The notes under the pieces: model-generated
The model's input: only the letters and a program-made list of their open reading frames with translations
Told to the model about the DNA's origin: nothing
Database searches by the model: none
Shown here: positions 22,300 to 33,019 of the stretch, piece by piece
Position numbering within the stretch: the stretch's first letter is position 1
How the letters are laid out: the number at the start of each line of letters is the position of its first letter
Assembly (NCBI GenBank): GCA_963771345.1
Contig: CAVYTH010000018.1
Location: forward strand, 7,335-71,334
Source: an uncultured Actinomycetota bacterium
GTDB taxonomy: Bacteria; Actinomycetota; Actinomycetes; JACCUZ01
Direction of reading: 5' to 3'
DNA: 64,000 nucleotides
Program-made: the position numbers and the translations under genes

Positions 22300-23419
22300 A
22301 TGAGCGACCAGACCGCCCTGAGGCGTTCCCCGCTGCACGACCGGCACCTCGCGCTGGGCGCGAAGATGGCCGACTTCGGCGGCTGGGAGATGCCGATCGA
22401 GTACCCCGGCGGCGGCGTCGTCAAGGAGCACACGGCCGTCCGGGAGGCGGTGGGGCTCTTCGACGTCAGCCACCTGGGCAAGGCCGTCGTGCGCGGGCCG
22501 GGCGCCGCGGAGTACGTCAACGCGACCCTGACCAACGACCTCGAACCGGGTCGGGCCGGGCAAGGCGCAGTACACGCTGTGCTGCGACGACGCGACCGGC
22601 GGCGTGGTCGACGACCTGATCGCCTACTACCGCGCCGACGACCAGGTCTTCCTGATCCCCAACGCCGCGAACACCGCGGAGGTGGTCCGCCGGCTGGCGG
22701 AGTCGGCGCCGGAGGGCGTCGAGGTCGTCGACCTGCACGAGCGGCACGGGGTGCTCGCCGTGCAGGGGCCGCGGAGCGGCGAGGTGCTCGACGCGATGGG
22801 GCTGCCGTCCGAGCCACGACTACATGTCCTTCGTCGCGCTCGACTGGCAGCGGCATGCCGGTCGTCGTGTGCCGCACCGGCTACACCGGCGAGCGCGGCT
22901 ACGAGCTGGTGCCGCGCTGGGAGGACACCGGCACGTTCTGGGACGCCGTGCTCGCAGCCGGCGAGCCGTTCGGCATCCGGCCGGCCGGGCTGGGCGCCCG
23001 CGACACGCTGCGGACCGAGATGGGCTACCCGCTGCACGGGCAGGACCTCTCGCTGGACATCACGCCGGTGCAGGCGCGCTGCGGCTGGGCGGTCGGCTGG
23101 AAGAAGCCGGCGTTCTGGGGCCGGGACGCGCTGCTCGCGGAGAAGGAGTCCGGCGCGCCGCGGCTGCTGTGGGGCCTGGAGGGCCTGGAGCGGGGCATCC
23201 CGCGGTCGCACATGGCGGTGTCGACGGCGGACGGCGCCGCGGTCGGTGAGGTCACCAGCGGGACGTTCTCGCCGACCCGGAAGATCGGCATCGCGCTGGC
23301 CCTGCTGGACCGCGGCGGTGTCCGAGGGCGACGAGGTGGTGGTCGACGTCCGCGGCCGGCCGGCCCGGTTCCGGGTCGTCAAGCCGCCGTTCGTCACCCC
23401 GTCGACGCGCGCGACATGA
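22300..23419 (+). CDS. gcvT: Glycine cleavage system T protein (frameshifted)
   Basis: [60 protein letters not shown]. Confidence 0.95.
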
Positions 23420-23955
23420 CCGTCGAGAAGATCCTGCTGCGTCGGGATGATGGGCGCGGGCAAGACCTCGGTCGGCCGGGCCCTGACCGCGCGGACCGGC
23501 TGGCCCTACCGCGACAACGACGAGGCGGTCGCGCTGCTCACCGGGCTGCCGACCCGCGAGCTGCTCGAGCGTCGCGGCACCGGACGCGCTGCGCACCGCC
23601 GAGTCGCAGGCGCTGCGCTCCGCGCTGGCCGAGGACCCGCCGCTGGTGGCCGGGGTGGCCGGCGGCGTGGTCGAGTCGGCCGAGGACCTGGCCGCGCTGC
23701 GCGGCACCGACGCCTTCGTCGTCTACCTGCACACGCCCGTCGACGTGCTGGTGGAGCGCGTGGGCGACGGCGCCGGCCGGCCGTGGCTGCAGCCCGACCC
23801 GGAGACCGCGCTGCGCACGCTGTTCGCCGGCCGGGAGCCGCTGTACCGGGAGGTCGCCGACGTGGTGGTCGACACCTCCACCGGCGACGCCGACGCGCAC
23901 GCCGACCAGGTGGTGCAGGCGATGCAGGGGCGCTCGTGCCGGGCGTCAGCTGTAG
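23416..23955 (+). CDS. Shikimate kinase-like P-loop kinase (frameshifted; 3' end uncertain)
   Basis: [29 protein letters not shown]; ATGA overlap with gcvT. Confidence 0.78.
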   Translation: MTVEKILLRRDDGRGQDLGRPGPDRADRLALPRQRRGGRAAHRAADPRAARASRHRTRCAPPSRRRCAPRWPRTRRWWPGWPAAWSSRPRTWPRCAAPTPSSSTCTRPSTCWWSAWATAPAGRGCSPTRRPRCARCSPAGSRCTGRSPTWWSTPPPATPTRTPTRWCRRCRGARAGRQL

Positions 23956-25893
23956 ACGCGAAGGTCGGCGACCGACCACCAGGACGAGGCGGTGGCAGTC
24001 TGGTCGATGCGCAGGTAGCGCGCTCGGGTGCGCGGGAGGTCCAGCACGGTGAGCTGGCCGGACCCGGCGACGGACCGTCGCCGGCCGCCAGGTGACGCCG
24101 TCGGTGCTGGTCGACAGGGCGACGCCGCGCGGGTAGTCGCCGAGGTCCGCGCCGGTGTCGAGGACGACCCGGCGTACGTCGCGCACCGAACCGAGGTCGA
24201 CCTGCAGGCGCTGACCCGGCTGCTGGGCCGCGCCGGTCGTCCACCGGGTGGTGGCGTCGTCGTCGACGACGTTCGCGGCGTCAGCGGACGCCGGGACCGA
24301 GGTGGCACTGCGCCGTGCAGGTCCAGCAGGCGGTAGCCGTCGTCCAGCGCCTTGCTCTTCGGCCAGACGAACGTCGCGAGCGAGCCGCCCGGCAGCGTGT
24401 AGTCGAACGACTGACCGCCCTGGGCGACCGCGAACGACCGCGGGTCGTCGTTCTCGTTGTGCACCACCAGGACCGTCGACCCGTCAGGGTTGCGGAACGC
24501 GACGTCCATCACCTGGCCGTTCCAGCCGGTGGTGCCGAACGACGTGCTGGCGATGCGGTGCGCGCCGGGCCGGACGAACCGCGCCAGGTGCCCGAGCGTG
24601 TAGTACTCCGCGTTGCGGGTGACCGTGTGCCCCGGGCCGACGGTGACGACGCCGGTGCAGGTGTCGCAGCCACCGTTGTGCGGGCCGCCGCTCGGGTCGA
24701 GCGCGAGGTTCCAGTTGACGACGGTCGAGCCCCAGTTGCGGGTGACTCCCAGCACCAGGTTGCGGCTGTGCCACTTCAGGGTGTCGGAGAACACCTGCGC
24801 CGGCGGGTCGGTCGGGCCGTGCGAGCCGGAGCACTCGGTGAACCAGAGCTCGGTGTCGGGGAACGCGTGGTGCAGCTTGGTCTGGTCGGCCGGCTCGCCG
24901 GCGTAGCAGTGGTACGCGATCCCGTCGAACCACTTCTTCTGCGGGGAGCGCAGCAGCCGGTAGGGGTAGTCGGTCTCGGGGTCCTCGCCGGGCGGGGTCG
25001 TGGCGATGTCGTTGGGGTGCTCGGACCAGTTGTGGTCGTAGCCGAGGATCAACGTGTCCAGCCGGGCGGCGTCGAAGGCCGCGCCGACGACGGCCGCCAG
25101 CTTCACCTGCTGCCACGCCGGCATGTCGGCGCCGGGGTAGCCGCTGGGGTTGCGGTTCTGCGGCTCGTTCTGCAGCGTCACGGCGTGCACCGGGACGCCG
25201 GCCTCGCGGTAGGCCTGCACGAACTTCACGAAGTAGCGGGCGTAGGCCCGGTAGATCTCCGGGTCGTCGATCAGCCGGCCGCCGATCAGCGAGCCGTTCG
25301 TCTTCATCCAGGCCGGCGGGCTCCACGGCGTGGCGACCACCGTGAGGTCGCGGTTGAGCCGCAGGGCCTGCCGCAGCAGCGGCAGGATCTGCTTCCGGTC
25401 GTGGGCGATGCTGAAGTGCTTCATCGCGTAGTCGGTCTGGCCGGCCGGTACGTCGTCGTACGTGTAGAAGTCGCCGGCCACGAAGTCCGAGGCGCCCATC
25501 GGCTGGCGCAGCACATTCAGGCTGTCGCCCTTGCGCGGGTCGAACAGGTCGGCCATCACGGCGTCGCGGGTGTGCGGTGGCAGCCGGTACAGGACCACGG
25601 CTGAGGAGTCGGTGATCGAGGCGCCGAAGCCGCGCATCGTCTGGTAGCGGCGGGACGGGTCGACCGTGATCGTCAGCTGGTCGGAGCCGCCGGGCCGGAA
25701 GGTCGCACCGGTCGCGGGAGCGAGGCGCTGGGTCCCGTCCGGCGTGGTGACCCAGACCTTCGCGGTCGGCGCCTTGTCCGCGGCGGCTGCGCGACTGGCC
25801 GGCGGCCGGGCCGCTGACGACCAGCCCGGCCAGGACGGCGGTGGCCAGCGCGGCGGTGAGAAGTGGGGCGGTGCGGCTACGGATCGAGAGCAC
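23946..25893 (-). CDS. Secreted GH30 glycoside hydrolase with C-terminal F5/8 (CBM32-like) domain (frameshifted)
   Basis: GFGASITDS, MGASDF, PWSPPAWMK, QNEP acid/base, YDHNW, WFTEC nucleophile, WWSVADLRV. Confidence 0.9.
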
Positions 25894-25963
25894 GGCAGGA
25901 CCTCCAGGTCCTTCGCATCGTGCCCAGTCTGTTCCGGTTTGTCACCCGGCAGCGCACGCCGTC

Positions 25964-26805
25964 TCACCCGACGGCGGCTCGCAGCACGGGCACGGCGAGC
26001 AGCGCGCCGGTCCCGTCGTCGCCGCGCAGCCCGAGGTCCAGCACCGGCTCCAGCGACAGCCGGGCCAGCGCCAGCGAGTGCGCGGGGTCGGGGGACAGGT
26101 TCCCGGCCAGCCACCAGTCGGCGGCCCGGAAGGCCAGCCGGGCCGCGACGAGGGCGGCAGCGGCGGCGGCCGGACCGTCGAGCACGACCGGCGTACGGCG
26201 GGCAGCGGCCTGCAGCAGGACGCCGGTCGCGACCGCCAGGTCGCCGGTCCCCACGGTCGCCAGCAGGTCGACGTGGTCGGCCATCGTCGGGCGGCCCCGG
26301 CGCATCGTGTCCCTGGTCGCCGCGCAGGCCACCATCCAGGCCGCGTCGTCCTGGCCGGTGGCCGTCACCGCCGACGCGTCCGCCTTGGTGAGCAGCCCGA
26401 CGAGGCTGGCGACGGGCACGGCGAGGTCGGGGTCGGGCAGCGCGAGCACCAGCAGGTCGGCGCCGCCGTCGACCTCCTCGTCGGCCAGCGCCACGCCGGC
26501 GAGCACCGCGGCCAGCGCCTCGTCGCGGTTCCCGGTCGCCATCTCCCGCGTGCCGACGACCCGCAGGTCGACGCCGGTGTCGACGGCCACCGCACCGTCC
26601 GGGCCGGTGCGGTGTCGGCGAGCACCAGCAGCCGCGGCCGGGCCGGCGGCACTGCGGGCACCTGGCTCTGCGCACCCGCGAGCCAGACGGCGAGGTCGAC
26701 CAGCCGGCCACCGGTGCCGTCCGGGCCCAGCAGGTCGCGGGCCTCGCGGCGGGCGCCGTCGTCCGGCCGCCCGACGGCAGCAGCGAGCTCGTCCAGGTCG
26801 GTCAC
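25964..26805 (-). CDS. cobT: CobT-like (nicotinate-nucleotide-DMB phosphoribosyltransferase fold), degenerate; one frameshift
   Basis: GRLVDLAVWLAGAQ, GVALADEEVDGGADLL, AAARRTPVVLDG, LEPVLDLGLR.DGTGA; in the usual cobT position. Confidence 0.75.
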
Positions 26806-27648
26806 CGGGCCATCGTGCCGTGCGGCTCGACCGGCTCGAACGTCGCCACCGCCTCGAACTCCGCCCGGCGGGCGGCCCGTCGCAGGGCGAGCAGCACCGG
26901 GCGGGCGGCGATCGCCACCAGCGCGGCGGTCGTCAGCGCCCGCGGGATGTCGAAGCCCAGCGACGTGATCAGGGTGAACGCGATGAACCGGGCCAGGTTC
27001 TCGGTGAGCGGGGCGCCGGCGACGTACGAGATCTCGCTGTCCAGGCCGACGGTGAACGGCCAGAGCCACAGGTTCATCAGCAGGCCGTAGGCGAGCCCGG
27101 CGACCGCGCCGTACGCCGTCAGCAGCACCACCTCGGCCCGTCCGGTGGCCCGCGGCAGGCAGCCGGCGAGGAAGCCCACCCAGCCGGCGGCCAGCATCTG
27201 GAACGGCAGCCACGGGCCGACCCCGGCGGTGAGCAGCGCCGACGCGAACAGCGTCACCGCGCCGAGCACGAAGCCGAAGCCGCGTCCGAGCACCCGCCCG
27301 GCCAGCACCAGCAGGAAGAACACCGGCTCGAACCCGGCGACGCCGCCGCCGAGCGGGCGCAGCGCGGCGCCCACCGCCGCCAGCACGCCGAGCAGCGCGA
27401 CCGCCTTGGCGTCCATCCCGCCGTCGGCGATCTCGGCGAGGACGACCGCGAGCAGCAGCGGCAGCAGCAGCGACGAACAGCCAGGGCGCGTCGGACCGGC
27501 CGGCCAGGTCCGGAGCCCGGCTGCACGAACAGCGGCCAGCTGAACGCCAGCAGCCCGACCGCGCTGACCAGCGAGCAGGGCCAGCGACGGCGCGCGGCCG
27601 GATCCGCACCGCGCGGACCCGCGACGTCACCGCCGCCGAGACGCTCAT
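26802..27648 (-). CDS. ECF transporter S component (CbrT-like, predicted cobalamin)
   Basis: MDAKAVALLGVLAA, EPVFFLL, GPWLPFQM, SLGFDIPRA; multi-TM. Confidence 0.85.
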
Positions 27649-29257
27649 CCGGCCTTCAGCGAGGCAGCGACCTCGGCCACGGTCAGCCACGGCAGCGGCG
27701 CGAGCACCTTGGCGACCTGCGGGGCGAACGCGGGGGAGGAGACGACCACGTCGCGGGACGGCCCGTCGCTGACGACCTCGCCGTCGGCGAGCACGACCGT
27801 CCGGTCGGCGACCGTGGCGGCGAGCTCGACGTCGTGGGTGGCGAGCACCACGGCGTGCCCGTCGGCCGCGAGCTCGCGCAGCACCCGACCAGCGCGGCCT
27901 TGCCGGGGTAGTCGAGGCCGCGGGTCGGCTCGTCGAGCAGCACGACGGGCGGCCGGCCGGCGAGGACGACGGCCAGCGCGAGCGCGAGCCGCTGCCCCTC
28001 GGACAGGTCGCGCGGGTGCTGGTCCGGGGTCGCGCCGGTGACCAGCCCGGCGAACACCGCGTAGGCCGTCCCGGCCGGTACGCCGGCGTCCCGGTCGGCC
28101 TCGGCGCACTCCTGCCCGACGGTGTCGGCGTACAGCAGGTCGCCCGGCTCCTGCGGCACCATGCCGACCCGCCGGACCAGCTCGCGCGACGGCAGCGTCG
28201 CCGGGTCCTCGCCGGCCACCCGCACCGTGCCGGCGTCCGGACTGCGCAGGCCGACCAGCGCCGACAGCAGGGTCGACTTGCCCGCGCCGTTGCGGCCCAT
28301 CAGGGCGACGACCTCGCCGGCGCGCAGCTGCAGGTCGACGCCGCGCAGCGCCGGCCGGCCGTCGTACCGCACGATCGGCGCCGCGCACCTCGGCCACCAG
28401 GTCGCCGGTCGCCGGCGGCGGCGAGCACCGGGACGGGCGCCGCGCCGAGCCGCGCGGCCAGCTCGCCGGCCCGCCGGCGGGCGTCGCGCACCGACAGCGG
28501 CAGCGGCGACCAGCCGGCCAGCCGGCCGAGCTCGACCACCGGCGGCGCCACCGGCGCGGTCGCCAGCACGTCGGCCGGTGCGCCGACCACCAGCGGGCGG
28601 CCGCCGCCGGGGACGAGCACCAGCCGGTCGGCGTACTGCACGACGCGCTCGAGCCGGTGCTCGGCCATCAGCACCGTCATGCCGAGGTCGTGCACCAGCC
28701 GCTGCAGCAGCGGCGAGCACCTCCTCGGCGGCCGACGGGTCGAGCGCCGAGGTCGGCTCGTCGAGCACGAGCACCCGCGGGTGCGGGGTGAGCACCGAGC
28801 CGATCGCGACCCGCTGCTGCTGGCCGGCCGAGAGCGTCACCAGCGGCCGGTCCCGCTGCGCGGCCAGGCCGAGCAGGTCGAGCGTCTCCTCGACCCGGCG
28901 GCGCATCACCTCGGGCGGCACGCCGAGCGACTCCATGCCGTAGGCGAGCTCCTCCTCGACCGTGTCGGTGACGAAGCCGGCCAGCGGGTCCTGCCCGACG
29001 TAGCCGACGACGTCGGCGAGGTCGCGCGGCCGGTGCTCGCGGGTGTCGCGGCCGGCGACGGTCACCCGGCCGGACAGCAGCCCGCCGGTGAAGTGCGGCA
29101 CCAGCCCGTTGACGGCGCGCAGCAGGGTCGACTTGCCGGAGCCGGTGCGCCCGACGACCAGGACCAGCTCGCCCTCGGGGACGTGCAGGTCGACGCCGGA
29201 CAGCACGGGTGCGTCGCTGCCGGTGTAGCGGACCCCGACGTGCTCGAAGGGGATCAC
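27645..29257 (-). CDS. ECF transporter duplicated ATPase (frameshifted)
   Basis: Two Walker A motifs (GRTGSGKST, GRNGAGKST), LSAGQQQR/LSEGQR, two LDEPT. Confidence 0.92.
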
Positions 29258-30416
29258 ACGACCTCCTCGACCCGGGCCGGTGCCGGCGCGCTCTCGGGCT
29301 CGACAGCGTCGACGTGGCGTTCCGGTGGCGGCGCGACCCAGGCGGGCAGCAGGGCGACCAGCAGGGCGAGAGTCGGTACGACGGGCAGCGTCGGCGCGAC
29401 CAGCGGCGAGGTCGACGGCGCGCAGCGCACGCCGGGTCGAGCGCGGCGCCGATCAGCACGCCCAGCGCCGCGACCAGCCCGCTGCAGGACACGACCCACT
29501 CCTGGGCGCGCCACAGGTCCGGCCGGTAGCGGCTGCGCGTCGACCGGCGGCTGCCGAGGGTGAGACCAGCAGCGGCGACGGCGGCACCGACGACGAGCAA
29601 CGGCAGCCCGAGAGCCGTCGGCGACGTCGCGTCGATCAGGCCGTAGAGGCCGACGCAGACGCCGAGCAGCCCGACCAGGGTGAGCGCCCCGGAGCGCCGG
29701 CGCGCGCCGGGCTCGGCGGCGCCGCGACCGTAGCCGCGCGCGTCCATCGCCGCGGCGAGGTCGACCGAGCGCTCCAGCGCGCCCTCGAGCACCGGCATCG
29801 CGACGCCGCGCAACCCGCGCATCCCGGTGTGCACGCGGCCGCGCAGCCGGCGGGCGGCGCGCACCCGGGTGACGCCCTCGACCAGCTGCGGCGCGAAGGT
29901 CAGCGCCACGACGACGGCGACGCCGACCTCGTACAGCGCGCCCGGCACGGCACGCAGCAGCCGCCGCGGGTTGGCCAGTGCGTTCGCGGCGCCGACGCAG
30001 GCGAGCATGGTGGCGAGCTGCAGCCCGGCGTACACCGCGCCGAGCAGTCCCTCGAGGGTGACGTCGCCGCCGAGCCGCACACCCGCCGCCCAGTCGGGCA
30101 GCGTGACCTCCGGCAGGTGCACCAGGACGTGGCCCGGCACGGGGGCGCCGACCACGATCGCGAACACCACCCGGATCGCGACGACGACCAGGCCCATCCG
30201 CAGGTAGAAGCCGTACGCGCGGGCCCACGGCGCGTCGGTCCGGCGCGCGGCGACGACGTAGCCGGCGACGGCGAGGATCAGCCCGAGCAGCAGCGGGTTC
30301 GTGGTGCGGCTCGCGGCCGTCGCCAGCCCGGTGGCCCACAGCCACCAGGCGCCGGGGTGCAGCGGCGCAGGTGGCGCAGGCCGGCAGGTGCGAGTCGCCG
30401 GCAGGTGCCACGTCAC
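29254..30416 (-). CDS. ECF transporter T component (CbiQ-like), frameshifted
   Basis: LHPGAWWLWA, AARRLRG, LAAAMDARGYG. Confidence 0.9.
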
Positions 30417-31273
30417 GGCGAGCCGCCGGTACGCCGGGAGCGGGCCAGCGCCGCGCCGCCCAGCACGGCGACCAGGACGGTGCCGATCGCGAGCCCGGCC
30501 AGCGGTGGCCCGCCGCCTTCGTCGCCCTCGGCCGCCGCGTTCGACGTCGACGGCGCCGGTGCGGTCGTGGCCGGGTCGGTCGTCGGCTCGGTGCTCGGCT
30601 CGGGATCGCTCGAGGTGGCTGACGTGGGCGGCTTCGACGTCGCCGACGTGGCCGACGTCTTCGACGTACTCGGCTTCGTCGACGTGCTCGCCGGGGCCGG
30701 GTTGGTCAGCTTCTCGGACTGGGTCGGGTCGGGTCTCGGCTCCGGCTCGGCGGTCCGGGTCGGTGCGGGGGTGGCCTTCGTCGCCTGCGGGCAGAGGGTG
30801 CCGAACGCGATGTCCGGCGGCTCCTGCCGGCCGCCCTCCTGCCACACCCAGGCCTCGATGGCGCCGGGCGCCGGGTCGTGGCTGCCCGCGCCCTCGGTGG
30901 CGTAGACCCACCGGCTGGATCCGGGCGCCCGCCACCAGTAGGACCAGTAGGTGTCCGCGGAGTTGCGCGAGCACTCGGGGAGCCCGTCGAGCTGGCAGAT
31001 CTGGCCGGGCTGGCGCGGCACGAACGCGTAGCTGACGCCGGCCTTGGTCAGCGCCTCGAGGCCGCTGTCGGGGTCGCCCTCCGCGCAGCCGGTGCGCAGG
31101 CCACCGCCGGCCAGCCGGCCGTCGACGATGACGCCGACGCACGGCTTGCTGGCCGCCGACGCCGGTGCGGCCGGTCCGAGGAGCGCAAGCCCGACCACTC
31201 CTGCGCCCCCGAGCAGCGCAGGAGCGAGCAGGGCCGAGACGAACCGTCGGACCGTCCGCACCGGAGTCAGCAC
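30413..31273 (-). CDS. Exported Cys-containing DUF4430/SCO2322-like protein with Thr/Ser/Pro stalk and C-terminal TM anchor
   Basis: Signal peptide ...APASA; VIVD...C...ICQLDGLP.C...YWSYWW...WVYATEGAG..PAPGAIEAW; TM LAGLAIGTVLVAVLGGAAL followed by RSRR. Confidence 0.8.
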   Translation of the reverse strand: MLTPVRTVRRFVSALLAPALLGGAGVVGLALLGPAAPASAASKPCVGVIVDGRLAGGGLRTGCAEGDPDSGLEALTKAGVSYAFVPRQPGQICQLDGLPECSRNSADTYWSYWWRAPGSSRWVYATEGAGSHDPAPGAIEAWVWQEGGRQEPPDIAFGTLCPQATKATPAPTRTAEPEPRPDPTQSEKLTNPAPASTSTKPSTSKTSATSATSKPPTSATSSDPEPSTEPTTDPATTAPAPSTSNAAAEGDEGGGPPLAGLAIGTVLVAVLGGAALARSRRTGGSP

Positions 31274-31277
31274 CCTG

Positions 31278-32371
31278 CTAGCAGGCCAGCTTGGGCAGAC
31301 CGCGGCTTGCGCCGTCCCGGCTGATGTCGGCCAGGGTGGCCTGCGCCAGCGCGGGGATGGCCTGGCTGGTGGCGCGGACCGAGTCGCCCTCGCCGCTCCG
31401 GGCGTACCGGACCATGCCGCGGTTGGCGGCCTTGCCGGCGCAGCCGACCTGCAGGTCGCGCAGGAAGCCGCGGGCGTCGGCGGCGGCGTTGTCCCGGCCG
31501 ACGCGCGGTGAGTGCCTGCGCGGCGAGCGCCGTGCTGTTGGCGTTGCGGGCACCGTTGCCGGTGAACGACCCGTTGCCGTGCTGCTGCCGCTTGAGCCAG
31601 CGACCGGCGTCGGCTGCCGCGGCCAGGGCGGCCTTGCCGCCGACCGTCGTCAGGGCCTGCACGGCGAAGCCGGTGGCGTCGACGGTGGCCACGCAGGGCG
31701 TGGCGCCGAAGGTCTCCGGGAAGCCGCCGTTGCCGCACTGCTGCTCGACCAGGAACGACACCGCAGCGTGCGAGGCGCCACGGTTGGTCGCCCGCTCCAG
31801 CCCGATCAGGGCCAGCGACTGCGAGAACGCGTTGCTGAAGTCGCCGTACTGCGAGACGTCGGCGAACCGGCCCTTGTCGCGCCGCGGCACAGGACTGGGC
31901 CTTGCCGCACTCGAGGGCGCGCAGCCCCGCCACCAGGTTCTTGCGCGGCCCGCCGCCGAACGCGGTGGCGTCGGCGTTCTGCGCGGCGGCGACCAGCACG
32001 AGCTTGGCGTAGGCGCCGGCGTAGTGCTCCTTCGAGTCGCTGCCGCCGGTGTAGTCGAGCACGTTGTGGCGCAGCGCGCCGGTGGCCTGCCGGGCCGCCT
32101 TGCGGCCGACCTTCGCGGAGTCCAGGGCGAGGACGACGTCGGCGGTGAGCCCGTAGTCCGGGAACGACTGGCCGCCGAACGAGGTCGTCATCAGGTGGCT
32201 GTCGTGGTCGAGCTGACGGCCGAGCCAGCCGGCGCCGGCGTCGGCCCGGTTGCGGGTCTCGGCCGCGTCAGCGGTGCCGGGGGTGGCGAGGATGACGGCC
32301 GGGGCCGTCAGGAGCGCCGCGACGGCAAGCAGGTGCTTGCGCAGTCGCGGGTGGGACTTGGTGTGGAGCAC
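31278..32371 (-). CDS. Secreted prenyltransferase/squalene-oxidase-repeat (alpha/alpha barrel) protein (frameshifted)
   Basis: Signal peptide ...TADA; repeats FLVEQQCGNGGF, WLKRQQHGNGSF, NANSTALAAQAL, RATSQAIPAL; GAAAGGA RBS. Confidence 0.82.
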
Positions 32372-32544
32372 GGGTGACGTCCTTTCACGGGAGCGATCCG
32401 CGACGGTCCCCGGGCGAGTCCGACGGCCGCACACGACAACGCCCCCGACGCGACAAGTCGCGCGGGGGGCGGAAGGTGCGGACGCTGGTGCGTCCGGGCT
32501 CCGCCCCGCATACCTCGACGGAATGAGTGGAGCCGCTCACGTCC

Positions 32545-32690
32545 ACGCAGGTGCTCCGACTCGCCGCACGGCCCGGGGACACCGGGTGCGGCCTACGGTT
32601 GCGGGTCAGTGCCGGATTCCGACCGGTCTTCCCCTGCATGAACGTGTATGCAGTTGTGGCGCCGGGTCTCCCCGGCATGCGGAGCACACC
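32545..32690 (-). ncRNA. Cobalamin (B12) riboswitch
   Basis: Minus strand GCAGGGGAAGACCGGTCGGAATCCGGCACTGACCCGCAACCGTAGG ... GAGTCGGAGCACCTGC (B12 box), upstream of the ECF operon; 5' boundary approximate. Confidence 0.92.
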
Positions 32691-32746
32691 ACGCGCGGTA
32701 GGTTCGCGTCAAAAGCAGTGTCCGGTTCGCGAAGGAGGTCCCGACG

Positions 32747-32950
32747 GTGACGTGGTCCTGGCGGATGGAGTCCGGCGACGGCTCCACGATCGAGGGCGTG
32801 ACCGGCGAGCGGTTCCCCAGCCAGGCCGACGCCGAGTCGTGGGTCGGGGAGGCCTGGCAGGACCTGCTCGGGCAGGGCGTCGACCAGGTCAGCCTGCTCG
32901 AGGGCGACCGGGTCGTCTACGGGCCGATGAGCCTGCACCCGGCCGAGTAG
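32747..32950 (+). CDS. Conserved actinobacterial small protein
   Basis: AGGAGG RBS; W.WR.E...FPSQADAESWVGE.W..L...GV..VSL.EG...VYGPMSL. Confidence 0.8.
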   Translation: MTWSWRMESGDGSTIEGVTGERFPSQADAESWVGEAWQDLLGQGVDQVSLLEGDRVVYGPMSLHPAE

Positions 32951-33019
32951 CGCGCAGCCCCGGCGACTTGGCGACACCCGGCGGCAGCGCCGGCGTACGG
33001 CGAACCTAGGCTCGTGGCC

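Noticed and set aside
15914-23419. Mass pseudogenisation or programmed frameshifting of sucB/lpdA/pepA/gcvT
   Set aside because: Motifs are fully conserved, no nonsense codons or slippery sites were seen, and the genes are core metabolism; sequencing indels are the simpler explanation
31278-32371. Terpene cyclase or prenyltransferase enzyme (secondary metabolism)
   Set aside because: Has a signal peptide, lacks a DxDD motif, and lies in a B12-riboswitch transporter operon
32950-33010. Possible tRNA or other ncRNA in short intergenic gaps
   Set aside because: No cloverleaf, T-loop or CCA signature found here or in the other gaps inspected
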